Shown here one piece after another: positions 1 through 9,571 of a stretch of DNA of 64,000 nucleotides; the stretch's first letter is position 1, and each line of letters opens with the position of its first letter. This DNA comes from an uncultured Alistipes sp. (GTDB lineage: Bacteria; Bacteroidota; Bacteroidia; Bacteroidales; Rikenellaceae): contig CALUMM010000002.1 of the NCBI GenBank assembly GCA_944321755.1, positions 8,674 through 72,673 of the forward strand. The letters run 5' to 3'. Under the pieces are notes generated by a model that did no database searches, was not told the origin of the DNA, and saw only the letters and a list, made by a program, of their open reading frames with translations. Both the position numbers and the translations under genes were made by a program.

Positions 1-474
1 CCGGTAGTCGTTCCCCGGGCGGAAACCCAGCAGGCGGCTCAGATTCGCCAGGAACCACAGATGGAAATTCGGAACCCCCTCGTCCAGCGCATCCAAAGCC
101 GCAGCCGAATTCCAGACGAATTCGAACAACGCCCCGTTCGGCTCGCTCTCCCGGATCAGACGGTACAAAACCTCGGCCATGAAGAGCGCAATCGTCGACT
201 TCCGCACATCGAAGGGCAGACTTTGCAGCAGAAAACCCGAACGCACCTCCTTGAAACGGTCCATCTGCTGACGCGGAGACTCCAGCCCCTCGAACTCCAC
301 CGGAAACAACGGCTGGAACAGCGCCAGTTTCGAACCGTGACCCTTCCGGCTCCGGACCCCCTGCACCATATAGCTCCGGCGACCTCCCACATCGGTCAGC
401 AGGTAGGCAACCAGCGACGTGTCGCCGTATTTGAGCGTGTGCAACACGATGCCGCGCCCCTTGTAACTCTTCAC
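1..474 (-). CDS. recO: DNA repair protein RecO (partial; runs off the window start)
   Basis: Manual translation from GTG at 474: MKSYKGRGIVLHTLKYGDTSLVAYLLTDVGGRRSYMVQGVRS...LFQPLFPVEF...PFDVRKSTIALFMAEVLYRLI. This is a typical Bacteroidota RecO N-terminus, directly downstream of prmA. Not in the ORF track. Confidence 0.9.
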   Translation of the reverse strand, partial: MKSYKGRGIVLHTLKYGDTSLVAYLLTDVGGRRSYMVQGVRSRKGHGSKLALFQPLFPVEFEGLESPRQQMDRFKEVRSGFLLQSLPFDVRKSTIALFMAEVLYRLIRESEPNGALFEFVWNSAAALDALDEGVPNFHLWFLANLSRLLGFRPGNDYR

Positions 475-480
475 CCCCGG

Positions 481-1311
481 CTACTCCGTCTTACGCACAT
501 GGACCATCTGCCAACCCTCGCGCGAGGCTGTCTCCACAAGCTCCAGCCCCAACTCCTCCGCCCGGGAGACGATCGCCGGGACGTCCGCTTCCAGAAAGCC
601 GCTCATCACCAGGTCCCCGCCCCGCTCCAGCGTCGCGGCGTAGCACGACATGTCCGCCAGCAGGATGTTGCGGTTGATGTTGGCCAGGATGAAGCCGTAG
701 CGGCGGCCCGCTATGCGGCGCACATCGCCCAGCAGCGGCGTAATCCGATCCGCAACGCCGTTTGCGGCGATGTTCTCCCGGCAGTTCGCATCCGCCCAGT
801 CGTCGATGTCCACCGCGTCGACGTGCGAAGCCCCGCACTTCACCGCCACGATCGACAGCACCCCCGTGCCGCTTCCCATGTCCAGCCCCGCGCGGCCCGC
901 CACTCCGAGGTCCAGAACCGCCCGCGAAACCAGCCAGGTCGTCGCATGGTGACCCGTGCCGAACGACATCTTCGGCATCACGACCACCTCCAACTCCCCG
1001 TCCGGGGCCGGATCGTGGAACGGTGCCCGGATCCGAAGCCGACCCTCGACGTCCACCGGCGGGAAGTTCCGCTCCCACAGCGCATTCCAGTTCTGCGTCT
1101 CGATGGCGATATAGCGCCCCGCAACCCCGTAGCGCTCAAGCAGGGCGTCGACATCCCCCTTGCAGTCCACCAGCCGTTCGCTCGGAATGTAGGCCTTGAG
1201 CACCGAGCCCTCGGTCTCGAAACTCTCGAACGGATAGTCGGCCAGTTCCGCCGTCAGGATCTCGCCCTGTTCGGCATCCGAAACCGGAATTTGAAGCGAT
1301 ATGTAATCCAT
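481..1311 (-). CDS. prmA: Ribosomal protein L11 methyltransferase
   Basis: PKMSFGTGHHATT, LDMGSGTGVL and ILANINRN motifs. Confidence 0.95.
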   Translation of the reverse strand: MDYISLQIPVSDAEQGEILTAELADYPFESFETEGSVLKAYIPSERLVDCKGDVDALLERYGVAGRYIAIETQNWNALWERNFPPVDVEGRLRIRAPFHDPAPDGELEVVVMPKMSFGTGHHATTWLVSRAVLDLGVAGRAGLDMGSGTGVLSIVAVKCGASHVDAVDIDDWADANCRENIAANGVADRITPLLGDVRRIAGRRYGFILANINRNILLADMSCYAATLERGGDLVMSGFLEADVPAIVSRAEELGLELVETASREGWQMVHVRKTE

Positions 1312-1351
1312 AGGATAATATTATGTAAAATTTTCCGTACCTTCGCTTCGA

Positions 1352-1359
1352 CAAAGTTA
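1352..1359 (-). promoter_or_regulatory. Bacteroidota housekeeping -7 promoter element (TAACTTTG) for prmA-recO
   Basis: Matches the TAnnTTTG consensus about 40 nt upstream of the prmA ATG. Confidence 0.55.
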
Positions 1360-1388
1360 CGTAAATTCCCCGTTATACGACGCAACGG

Positions 1389-2285
1389 ATGGCAGAAAAT
1401 ACCAAAAAGTGGGAGGAGGCAGCTCGACGCTACCGAACCTATATCAAACTCGAAAAAAGACTCGCCGAAAACTCCGTGGAATCCTATCTGAGAGACCTCA
1501 GGCAGTTCGCACACTTCATCCTCCGGATGTGGGACCTCCCGCCTCGCAAGGTCGAACCCCAGATGATCGAACGGTACATGGCCTGGCTATACGACCGCGG
1601 ACGCGAAAAAACTTCCCAGGCCCGGGCCCTGAGCAGCATCAAAAGCTTCTACAACTTCCTGATGATCAACGACCGGATCGAAGCATCACCCGCAGAGTTC
1701 ATCCTGACACCCAAATGCGGTCGACAACTCCCCGACATCCTCTCGACCGAGGAGATCGACCGAATCATCGCCGCCATAGACACCTCCACCGTCAAGGGAA
1801 TCCGCGATCAGGCCATGCTCGAACTCCTCTACTCCTGCGGACTCCGCGTTTCGGAACTGACCGGAATCCGGATCCAGGACCTCTTCTTCGGGGAGGGGTA
1901 TATCCGGGTCATCGGAAAAGGAGACAAGCAGCGTCTCGTGCCCGTCAGCACCACGGCCCGGGAACGCATCCAACGATATCTTGACAAACGGGCCGGAATC
2001 CACTCCGACGAAGAGGTCCTCTTCCTGAACAACCGAGGCGGAAAACTTACCCGCGTGATGGTCTTCACGATCCTCAAACAGGCCGCGGAACGGGCCGGAA
2101 TCGACAAACGGATCAGCCCCCACACCTTCCGGCATTCGTTTGCAACCCATCTGCTCGAAGGCGGCGCCTCGATCCGCCAGGTGCAGGAGATGCTCGGACA
2201 CGAAAGCATCCTGACTACCGAAATATACACCCATCTCGACAGCAGCCATCTCCGCCGCACGGTCGAAGAACACCTCCCGATCTGA
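1389..2285 (+). CDS. xerD: Chromosomal tyrosine recombinase XerD (XerC/D family)
   Basis: LLYSCGLRVSEL, GKGDKQRLVP, SPHTFRHSFATHLLEGGA and LGHESILTTEIYTH motifs; 298 aa. Confidence 0.85.
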   Translation: MAENTKKWEEAARRYRTYIKLEKRLAENSVESYLRDLRQFAHFILRMWDLPPRKVEPQMIERYMAWLYDRGREKTSQARALSSIKSFYNFLMINDRIEASPAEFILTPKCGRQLPDILSTEEIDRIIAAIDTSTVKGIRDQAMLELLYSCGLRVSELTGIRIQDLFFGEGYIRVIGKGDKQRLVPVSTTARERIQRYLDKRAGIHSDEEVLFLNNRGGKLTRVMVFTILKQAAERAGIDKRISPHTFRHSFATHLLEGGASIRQVQEMLGHESILTTEIYTHLDSSHLRRTVEEHLPI

Positions 2286-2367
2286 GGCGGAAAGAGGGGA
2301 GGGGAGGAGCCGCAGGCGACGGGCCGGAAGTGACCGGAAGGGGCCGAAAGGCCGGAAAAGAGAAAAA

Positions 2368-2434
2368 GGAAAGACGGCAGGCCGGGAGGGCCCCAACCGG
2401 CAGGAAGAAGAGGAAAGACAGCAGGCCGGGAGGG
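2368..2434 (+). repeat. 23-bp imperfect direct repeat in purine-rich intergenic DNA
   Basis: ggaaagacggcaggccgggaggg (2368-2390) and ggaaagacagcaggccgggaggg (2412-2434). Confidence 0.6.
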
Positions 2435-2526
2435 GTCGGCGAAAAAGAAAAAAGGGAAAAAGGCTGGCGGCAGATCCTTCCGAAAAGCACCCAACCGACA
2501 GAGGGGGGGGGAAGGGTAGGCGGTGG

Positions 2527-2877
2527 CTACAGCCGCTGGATCCGCGCGTGCGGCGTCAGGCGCATCCGGGCATAGTCCAGACCCGAAAGCACTACCCAGA
2601 TCCCGCCCGGAACAACCGCTCGCGACAAAGCCGTCAGCAGATCGTCAGACCCGCTCCGCAGGCGTTCGAATGCCGCCTGGTAATCCTCCGGAAAATCCCC
2701 GACCAGCAATCCCGCATAAAACTCCGTGGCAGGAAGCCGGTCCGGGGCAGGACAACTCTCCACCAGAAAACGGCCCCCTTCGTAAAAGGTTACCAGCGGA
2801 TGGCGGACAAGCCCCTGCGGCGTCCAAAGCAGGTTAGAGGCTATCCTGCGGCGAAAGTGCTCCCCGAAAGAATTCAT
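2527..2877 (-). CDS. Hypothetical protein (about 116 aa), last gene of the operon
   Basis: MNSFGEHFRRRIASNLLWTPQGLVRHPLV...; overlaps the end of the upstream gene. Start uncertain. Confidence 0.55.
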   Translation of the reverse strand: MNSFGEHFRRRIASNLLWTPQGLVRHPLVTFYEGGRFLVESCPAPDRLPATEFYAGLLVGDFPEDYQAAFERLRSGSDDLLTALSRAVVPGGIWVVLSGLDYARMRLTPHARIQRL

Positions 2878-3655
2878 CGGCAAAAATCCGGATATTGAGC
2901 TGTTTCTCATACAGACGCTCCACGGCATCCCGCGTCGGCGGCGTGAACTCCACCTTCAGGTCCCGGACCGTAATCGACGGCCGTTGCGGCGCCTCCCCGA
3001 AGGTCAGCAGGTGAATGTGCAGCCGCCGGTGTGTCGAATCGGCCGTGAAACGGCGCGAAAACGACTCATCCCGGTTGCGGCGAAGCGTCGTCGTATAGGC
3101 GTTCGACCGCGTGCTGTCCCGACGCTCCAACCACATCGAACTCCGCAACCCCCGCGGATTCCGGTCCAGCGAGTCGATCCGGTACTTCAGCGAAACCTCG
3201 TAACTGCCCGGCTCCACGTCGATCACGAAACTCAGACGAGACGTGTCCCGCAGCGCCGAAACCCGGATCAGCGTATCCGAAACAACCGGGCGCGTGAAGG
3301 TCCGCAAAGCCACGTTGTCGATCGTATCCAGAATGGCGACCGCCCGGTTGTAGATCTTACCCTCGGCCTCCAGAAGGTCGATCGCCTCCTCGACAACATC
3401 CCCCAGACGCGCACTCTTCCGTTTCGAAAAGTTGCCGATCGTATAGTGCACATCCTCGGTCGTATAGCCGTAATGCGCAAAGATCGGCTCGTAGAGGCGC
3501 AGCGAATCCGAACGGACATTCTCCGTATTGAGGTAGGCGTTCGTGAGAAACGCATCGTGGAAAATCAGCGCCAGTTCATCGTCCGGAATGATCCTGTGGC
3601 GGGCACAGCCCCCCAGCAGCAGGCTGCAAAGCACATAGGGTATGAGTCGTTTCAT
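2834..3655 (-). CDS. DUF4296-like lipoprotein
   Basis: Lipobox LLLGGC followed by IIPDDELALIFHDAFL...IFAHYGYT. Confidence 0.7.
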   Translation of the reverse strand: MKRLIPYVLCSLLLGGCARHRIIPDDELALIFHDAFLTNAYLNTENVRSDSLRLYEPIFAHYGYTTEDVHYTIGNFSKRKSARLGDVVEEAIDLLEAEGKIYNRAVAILDTIDNVALRTFTRPVVSDTLIRVSALRDTSRLSFVIDVEPGSYEVSLKYRIDSLDRNPRGLRSSMWLERRDSTRSNAYTTTLRRNRDESFSRRFTADSTHRRLHIHLLTFGEAPQRPSITVRDLKVEFTPPTRDAVERLYEKQLNIRIFADEFFRGALSPQDSL

Positions 3656-4863
3656 GAACGTGTGGTATTTTTTATCATGTTGCGGACCGTAACATCCGCA
3701 AGAAGCAGCGAAACCAGCGAAAAGGTGACCGCTACGGCAAACAAGTCCGAAAGACGCAACTCAACCGGGTAACTCTTCGTCAGGAACGTCTCCGCAGGGA
3801 TCTCGATCACCCCGAAATACTGCTGCACGAGGCTAAGCGCAACACCCAGCAGCAGCCCGATCACCGCCCCCAGACCGCAGATCAGCAGCCCTTCGGTGCG
3901 GAAAATACGGCGAAGCAGCGGGGTGTCCGCACCCAGCGCCCGGAACGTCGCGATGTCCCGGCGCTTCTCCACGATCAGCATCGAAAGCGCCCCCACCACC
4001 GAGAACGAGGCGATCACCAGCACCAGCAGCGCGATGAAGAAGATGCCCCACTTCTCGTAGGTCATGATCCGGTAGAACGACGCCCGCAGTTCGTCGCGCG
4101 TCCGCACCCGGAACGAATCCCCGACCGCTTCGGAGACGGCCTGACACGTCCGCTCGACATCCGCATCCGGCGTCAGCCGGAAAACCAGGCCCGACGCCCG
4201 CCCCTCCGCTTCGAAAAGCGACTGCGCCAGCCGCAGCGAGGTCAGCACGTAGGTCCGTTCCGTATCGAGATCCAGCACGTAGACCCCGCCCACAGGCTCC
4301 GTGCGCCGCGTATAGTTGTCCATCGGCAGCAGCGTCGAGAAACTCCCCCGCCGCACCGCGTAGAGCGTGACGTCGGCATCCGCCAGCGTGCGGATCCCCA
4401 GCATCCACGCCATCGACTGCCCGATGACCAGCCGTTCCAGGTCGCCCAGCCGCACCCGCCATTCACCCGTCGTGACGGCATCCCCCAGGTCGAAGACCTC
4501 TCCATAGGAGTCGTCCACACCCCGGACCGTCGCCGTGGCCTGACGACCCCCGTGTTCCAGCAGGGCGCTCTGCTCCAGGGTCCAGGAGAACGATGCAACC
4601 CCGGGGATCCGACGCAGAGCCGCCGTGTCGATCTCCGACTGCGCAAAGGTCTGACCCCGCCGCGGCGTGAGCGTCAGATCCGCATCGAAGGCCGAATACA
4701 TCGACTTCACCAGCGTCTCGAACCCGTTGAAGACCGACAGCAGGATCACCATCGCAGCCACTGGTACCGCCACGGCCGCAACACTCAATCCCGAAATCAG
4801 GTTCACAACCGACCGGGAGTGCGGTGAAAAAAGATAGCGGCGCGCGATAAAGCGGGACAGCAT
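3652..4863 (-). CDS. LolC/E (FtsX/MacB-family) ABC permease
   Basis: FIARRYLFS, LSVFNGFE and LSMLIVEKRRDIATFRALGA motifs; four TM segments. Confidence 0.85.
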   Translation of the reverse strand: MLSRFIARRYLFSPHSRSVVNLISGLSVAAVAVPVAAMVILLSVFNGFETLVKSMYSAFDADLTLTPRRGQTFAQSEIDTAALRRIPGVASFSWTLEQSALLEHGGRQATATVRGVDDSYGEVFDLGDAVTTGEWRVRLGDLERLVIGQSMAWMLGIRTLADADVTLYAVRRGSFSTLLPMDNYTRRTEPVGGVYVLDLDTERTYVLTSLRLAQSLFEAEGRASGLVFRLTPDADVERTCQAVSEAVGDSFRVRTRDELRASFYRIMTYEKWGIFFIALLVLVIASFSVVGALSMLIVEKRRDIATFRALGADTPLLRRIFRTEGLLICGLGAVIGLLLGVALSLVQQYFGVIEIPAETFLTKSYPVELRLSDLFAVAVTFSLVSLLLADVTVRNMIKNTTRS

Positions 4864-4876
4864 GGCTCAACGGAAT

Positions 4877-5218
4877 TCAATCCTCCTTCAACGCCTTCTC
4901 GATGTGTTCGATGTATTCGAGCGAGTCGTCCAGGAAGAACTGCAGCTCCGGAACATTCTTCAACTGATTCCGGATCCGCTGGCCCAACGCCCGGCGGATA
5001 AACCAGTTCTGATGCTCGAAACGCGCCATCAACTCCTTGCTCTGCTCGAACGGAAAGATGCTTACGTAGATCTTCGCGTAGCTGAAGTCCGGGGAGATCC
5101 GCACGCCCGTCACCGTCACCAGCGCCCCGCGGACCAGCGACGCTCCCTCCTTCTGGAAAATATCCGCCATATCCTTCTGGATCTGTCTGGCGATTTTCTG
5201 TTGTCGCGTTGTTTCCAT
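4877..5218 (-). CDS. rbfA: 30S ribosome-binding factor A
   Basis: VTVTGVRISPDFSYAKIYVS and VPELQFFLDDSL motifs. Confidence 0.95.
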   Translation of the reverse strand: METTRQQKIARQIQKDMADIFQKEGASLVRGALVTVTGVRISPDFSYAKIYVSIFPFEQSKELMARFEHQNWFIRRALGQRIRNQLKNVPELQFFLDDSLEYIEHIEKALKED

Positions 5219-5233
5219 AGTTTCCTCTGTTTT

Positions 5234-6058
5234 TTACTGTCCGAACCGGAACTCCTCCCGGTTCTTCTCCCGTTTCGGACGGGGTTTCCACGTCTCGAAG
5301 CCCTCCTTGTTAAAGCGGTAGCTCACGCCGACCGAAATCGTCAGATTGTCGAGCGGTGACCGCATCGGTGTCGTATAGAACGGATTTTCCGGCCCGTCGT
5401 CGCTGTTGTCGTAGTAGCGGTTCCGGTTCCGCACGATGTCCGAATAGCCGAAATAGTAGCGCGCCCGGAAGTTCAACTCGAAACGCCGGATCAGAAACGA
5501 AATGCCGCCGCCGCCGGCCAGCCCGTAACCCCAGCGGTTGTCGCGGGGAACCTTGAACGAATAGGTCCCCCCGTAGGTGCCCTTCTCCCGCGTCTCCGTA
5601 TTGACGAAATACTCCTGTTCCCACGTCGACGAGAAGTTGTAGAAGAACGTCGCGGCAGCCTCCAGGTAGACCCGGACATGGTTCTTCAACAGGTAGAAGT
5701 GCGGCTGCCATACAACCGGAAGCACCACGGAATTGATCCGCCGCGTATAGTACAGGTAGTTCGCCGTCTCCTTCTCGTCCACCTGCGAGGCGTTCGTCGC
5801 AAACGAAAAGGCCTGCTGCTGGAACTCCAGATCCACTCCGAAAGCACCGACAAAACGCTGCGTCCCGTAATAACGCCACGTAAGACCCCCGCTGTAAAGT
5901 CCCCAGATCGCACGGGTCTCCTGCTTCGGCTCGAAGCGCCCGCTCCCCATACCGTAGCCCCCGATGACGCCCAGCGTATGCTGCGCCAAAGCACCCTGCA
6001 CCGCAAAAAAGCCCGCAACGGCCAGAATCAGTCTCCGGATATGCCTCTGCTTCGTCAT
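5234..6058 (-). CDS. Outer-membrane beta-barrel protein (PorT-like)
   Basis: Signal peptide, amphipathic beta-strands, RARYYFGYSD and a terminal ISVGVSYRF strand. Confidence 0.75.
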   Translation of the reverse strand: MTKQRHIRRLILAVAGFFAVQGALAQHTLGVIGGYGMGSGRFEPKQETRAIWGLYSGGLTWRYYGTQRFVGAFGVDLEFQQQAFSFATNASQVDEKETANYLYYTRRINSVVLPVVWQPHFYLLKNHVRVYLEAAATFFYNFSSTWEQEYFVNTETREKGTYGGTYSFKVPRDNRWGYGLAGGGGISFLIRRFELNFRARYYFGYSDIVRNRNRYYDNSDDGPENPFYTTPMRSPLDNLTISVGVSYRFNKEGFETWKPRPKREKNREEFRFGQ

Positions 6059-6059
6059 G

Positions 6060-8093
6060 CTATCTGAAATTACTGAACATACTGCCCGCAGAACCGAAAC
6101 TGCTGTTGTTCATGTTCTGACGGTTCTCCTGCTGCTTCGGACCCTCCTTGGCCCGCTTCTCCGCCTCCCGCCGCAGACGCTGCGCCTCCCGCTCGTCCAG
6201 CAGCCGAGACAGGGACTGCATCGTCACCGGTGCGAAGACCCGGCTCATGTCCATCGTGAATTCGATCTCCCAGTTGGTCTTCGTGGCGAACGTATCCTCG
6301 CCCTCCTCGTTCACGTACATCTCCGCACGCTCCGGCTGTAGGCGCGCCACCAGATCCCCGGAATCCCACTTCCCGTTGCCGTTCCGGTCCTCGATGATCC
6401 GGAACTTGATCTCTCCGGCCGGCACGTAGTTGAACTGGATGTCCCCCACCGTGACGTCGCGACGCTCCTGCTTCAGCGAACCGTTGCCGTCGAGCAGCTG
6501 AACGATATACCTCATCTGCGGGTCCCGGCTCGTGACGTGCACCTTCACCGTGGCGAACTTCTCCGGATCGTAAACCGTATATTTCCCCACGATCGAGTCG
6601 TTGGCGTAGCCCGCCACGTCCCGGAACACGCTGTCCGGAATCGTCAGCGTGTACTGTCCCCCAGGCACCCACGCCGCTCGCAGATACCAGCGCCGGAGCA
6701 TCGCCGTGTCGCGGACCATGTGGACCGGAACATCCTCGACCGTATTGTCCTCCAGCTGCCGCGTCAACAGCAGACGCGAAGAGTCCGCCTCCACCAGCGG
6801 ATAGTCGAAGTCGATCGTCAGGTGGTTCTCCGGATTCAGGTCCCCCGACGTCGGCATGTTGAACTTGAACGGATTCTCCGCCTTCGGCTCCTCGAACTCC
6901 TCGCCCGCAGCCTCCGCCTTCTTCCGGTCCCGTTCGAGTTTCTCACGCGCACGCTCCTGCTCCTTCGTCTCGATCAGCCGCCAGAAGAGTTTCAGCTTCG
7001 CCGTATCCGGCTGCAAGCGGTTCAGCGTGTCGTGTTTCAGGTAGACGATCTCCCCCTTGATCGTGTCGGGAAGCGATGCCGACGGAACGTTGAACCACAG
7101 CGCAATCGTATCCTTGCCCACCGTCTGCGGGTCCACGATCACCCGATCCATCGGAATGCTGTCGAAGCGCAGCGACCGGATTTGGGGATGCGCCGCCGAG
7201 AAGTAGAGCATTGCCTGGTGCTGCTTCGGACGCTGGCTCTCCGAAAGAACCTGACGCTTGAACGCCTTGTCCATGAACATCCGGAAGTAGAGCTGAGGCT
7301 CCGCCGAGACGTACCGTCGCACCGAATCGTACCACATCGCAAAATCGGGCATCTCCGCAGGATTCCACGTCCCCTCGATGAACCCAACCTGGTCCGTTCC
7401 CGGATCGTACATCTGGTTGTCGTTCTTGTCCTCCACGGCGTAGATGCGGTACGGGATCGGCTTGAGATTCTGCGCAATGAAGATCCCGTTGGTCTCCGCT
7501 CGCGCAATCACCGCAGGCTGGTAGTTGAAGATCGTGGAATCGTACTCCGCCGTCTCCTTCACCGAATCCGCCGGGTAGAACCAGATGAACGACTTCGAAA
7601 CCGAATCCGCCTTGTAACTGTCCGCCGTATAGCCCGACATCACCATCGAATCGATCTCCGGACCCGTCGAAAAGACATAACGCATCGAATAGAGCGGGTT
7701 GCCCTCGTTGTTGTCACGGATCGCACTCCCGAAATTCAACGCATAGGTCGTATTCGGACGCAGCGTGTCGCGCATCTGGATCACGATCCCCCGGCCCCGC
7801 ATCGTGATCGTCGGCTTCTTCTTCATCTGCGGCGAGGTGAAGAACTCCTTCTGCTGGTCCTTGATCTGCACGAACTCGTCGAATTCGATGTAGATCTTCC
7901 CGTGGTTCGTCGTCGGACGGTTCGTCGTGAAGTTGTCCGGGGTCATCGCGACGATCACCGGAGGAAGCGAGTCCCGAGGCCCGCCCGTCGGCGTCATCGT
8001 ACTCGCACAACGGCTCAGAAAGGCCGACACGAACATCAACGCCACGAGCAGACGCAGCACATTCATCTTATGGCAGGTAACTTCTCGATTCAT
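6060..8093 (-). CDS. Ig-like (Big_5) domain lipoprotein
   Basis: SRCAS...PTGGPRDSLPP lipoprotein N-terminus, LRPNTTYALNFGSAIRDNNEGN and DRNGNGKWDSG. Start placed at the ATGA overlap at 8093. Confidence 0.8.
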   Translation of the reverse strand: MNREVTCHKMNVLRLLVALMFVSAFLSRCASTMTPTGGPRDSLPPVIVAMTPDNFTTNRPTTNHGKIYIEFDEFVQIKDQQKEFFTSPQMKKKPTITMRGRGIVIQMRDTLRPNTTYALNFGSAIRDNNEGNPLYSMRYVFSTGPEIDSMVMSGYTADSYKADSVSKSFIWFYPADSVKETAEYDSTIFNYQPAVIARAETNGIFIAQNLKPIPYRIYAVEDKNDNQMYDPGTDQVGFIEGTWNPAEMPDFAMWYDSVRRYVSAEPQLYFRMFMDKAFKRQVLSESQRPKQHQAMLYFSAAHPQIRSLRFDSIPMDRVIVDPQTVGKDTIALWFNVPSASLPDTIKGEIVYLKHDTLNRLQPDTAKLKLFWRLIETKEQERAREKLERDRKKAEAAGEEFEEPKAENPFKFNMPTSGDLNPENHLTIDFDYPLVEADSSRLLLTRQLEDNTVEDVPVHMVRDTAMLRRWYLRAAWVPGGQYTLTIPDSVFRDVAGYANDSIVGKYTVYDPEKFATVKVHVTSRDPQMRYIVQLLDGNGSLKQERRDVTVGDIQFNYVPAGEIKFRIIEDRNGNGKWDSGDLVARLQPERAEMYVNEEGEDTFATKTNWEIEFTMDMSRVFAPVTMQSLSRLLDEREAQRLRREAEKRAKEGPKQQENRQNMNNSSFGSAGSMFSNFR

Positions 8094-9058
8094 GGTCGTC
8101 GTTTTTTCGGGTCCGCAGCCTCGGGATCGTAGCTCGGGTTTACAACCGTCCAGCCGTTCGTTTCCGTCTTGTCGATCCAGATCCCCTTCCACGGCCGGAA
8201 AATCAGAGCCGGGAAGGTCAGGGGGTCCGTCTCCGCAAGATCAACCGTCTGCTGCGTATAGGCATACAGCCGGTCGCTGCGGTCCGCAACCACAACCATC
8301 AGGTTCTCCGAGCTCACCGACATCTTGTACAGCCCCGTATCCCCGTCGGCATAGGCCTGGAAACTCGGAATCGTCCGCGTCTCCGTCGTATCCGCCTTCG
8401 AGGTGATCTTCCCGCTCACCGCATCGTCGTACGACGCAAGGAACCACGACGTCGTGTCCGCAGCATAGGCGTAGACCTCCATCTTCGAAATCGAGGTCGG
8501 CTCGCCACCCTCCGCCAACTGGACCTTCGCATCCACGTAGCAGTCCCGGTAGACCGGGGGCGTATAGTATTCGTTATAAAAACTCCAGTTCCCGTCCTTG
8601 TAGGAGTTGCCCTCCTTCCACACCTTGAACGGCAGAACCACGTAGAGATTCGGGAGGTTCACCTCCAGCTCCTGCTGCGTATAGGCATACAGCCGGTGCT
8701 GCGTGTCCACCGCAACGACCATCTGCGTCGGAGACGACAGGGACATGTGCACCCAGCCCGTCGCACCCTCCTGTTCATAGGGCTCCGACGTCGCAACGGG
8801 GCTCGTGATCTGCTCCGAAGGCTGTCCCTTCCGGCTGATCACGCCGTTCAGCGCATCCTCGTAGCTCGCCACCGTATAGAGCGTCGTATCCGCATCGAAG
8901 GCGTAGGCCTTCACCCCTTCGAGCGCCTCGTAAGGATCCGTCGAAAGCGTCTGCGTCAGCGGCTTGAGGACATAGTTCGTCTTCACGGAGGTCTCCTTGA
9001 AGCACCCCGCGGCACAAACCGCGATCCCCGCCAGCAATATGGTCCGTATTCCCTTCAT
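8090..9058 (-). CDS. Hypothetical lipoprotein with two tandem homologous domains
   Basis: Lipobox AAGC; internal repeat YAFDADTT/YAYAADTT ... RLYAYTQQ. Confidence 0.75.
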   Translation of the reverse strand: MKGIRTILLAGIAVCAAGCFKETSVKTNYVLKPLTQTLSTDPYEALEGVKAYAFDADTTLYTVASYEDALNGVISRKGQPSEQITSPVATSEPYEQEGATGWVHMSLSSPTQMVVAVDTQHRLYAYTQQELEVNLPNLYVVLPFKVWKEGNSYKDGNWSFYNEYYTPPVYRDCYVDAKVQLAEGGEPTSISKMEVYAYAADTTSWFLASYDDAVSGKITSKADTTETRTIPSFQAYADGDTGLYKMSVSSENLMVVVADRSDRLYAYTQQTVDLAETDPLTFPALIFRPWKGIWIDKTETNGWTVVNPSYDPEAADPKKRRP

Positions 9059-9067
9059 TATCCTGGT

Positions 9068-9559
9068 TTATTCCCTTCGCAACGCCTCCAGCATCTCCCC
9101 GACCGTCAGACCCGTCACCGGATGACGGTAACGGCGCATGATCTCGTTCAACGGCACCAGCGCGAACTCCCGCTCGCCAAGATGCGGGTGCGGAAGCGTC
9201 AGTCGTTCGTCCGAAAGAACCACATCGTCGTAGAAAATCACATCGATGTCGATCGGCCGGGAGCCGTAGGGAGCCCCCGACGACGCCTTCTCGATCGCCT
9301 CCGCGGCCCGGTTGCGCCCCAGATCCCGCTCGATCGCCTGGCAGGCGTCAAGCACCTCGTGCGGCGTCAGGTCCGTCGAGACCTCCAGCGCCTGGTTCGA
9401 AAAACGGTCCGGACTCCGGAAACCCCACGGTTCGCTCTCGTAACGGTGCGAACACCGCAAAACCGCACCAACCCGCGAATTGATCAACTGTTGTGCCGTC
9501 TGGAGCGTCCGTTTCACATCGCCCTGATTCCCTCCCAATAACAATACCACTCGTGCCAT
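9068..9559 (-). CDS. folK: 2-amino-4-hydroxy-6-hydroxymethyldihydropteridine diphosphokinase
   Basis: LLLGGNQGD, YESEPWG, SRPIDIDVIFY and LTLPHP motifs. Confidence 0.95.
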   Translation of the reverse strand: MARVVLLLGGNQGDVKRTLQTAQQLINSRVGAVLRCSHRYESEPWGFRSPDRFSNQALEVSTDLTPHEVLDACQAIERDLGRNRAAEAIEKASSGAPYGSRPIDIDVIFYDDVVLSDERLTLPHPHLGEREFALVPLNEIMRRYRHPVTGLTVGEMLEALRRE

Positions 9560-9571
9560 AGCGTCACAAAA

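Noticed and set aside
1389-2285. Tyrosine recombinase as the integrase of the phage-like module
   Set aside because: It has canonical XerD size and motifs and lies 12 kb away, separated by housekeeping genes.
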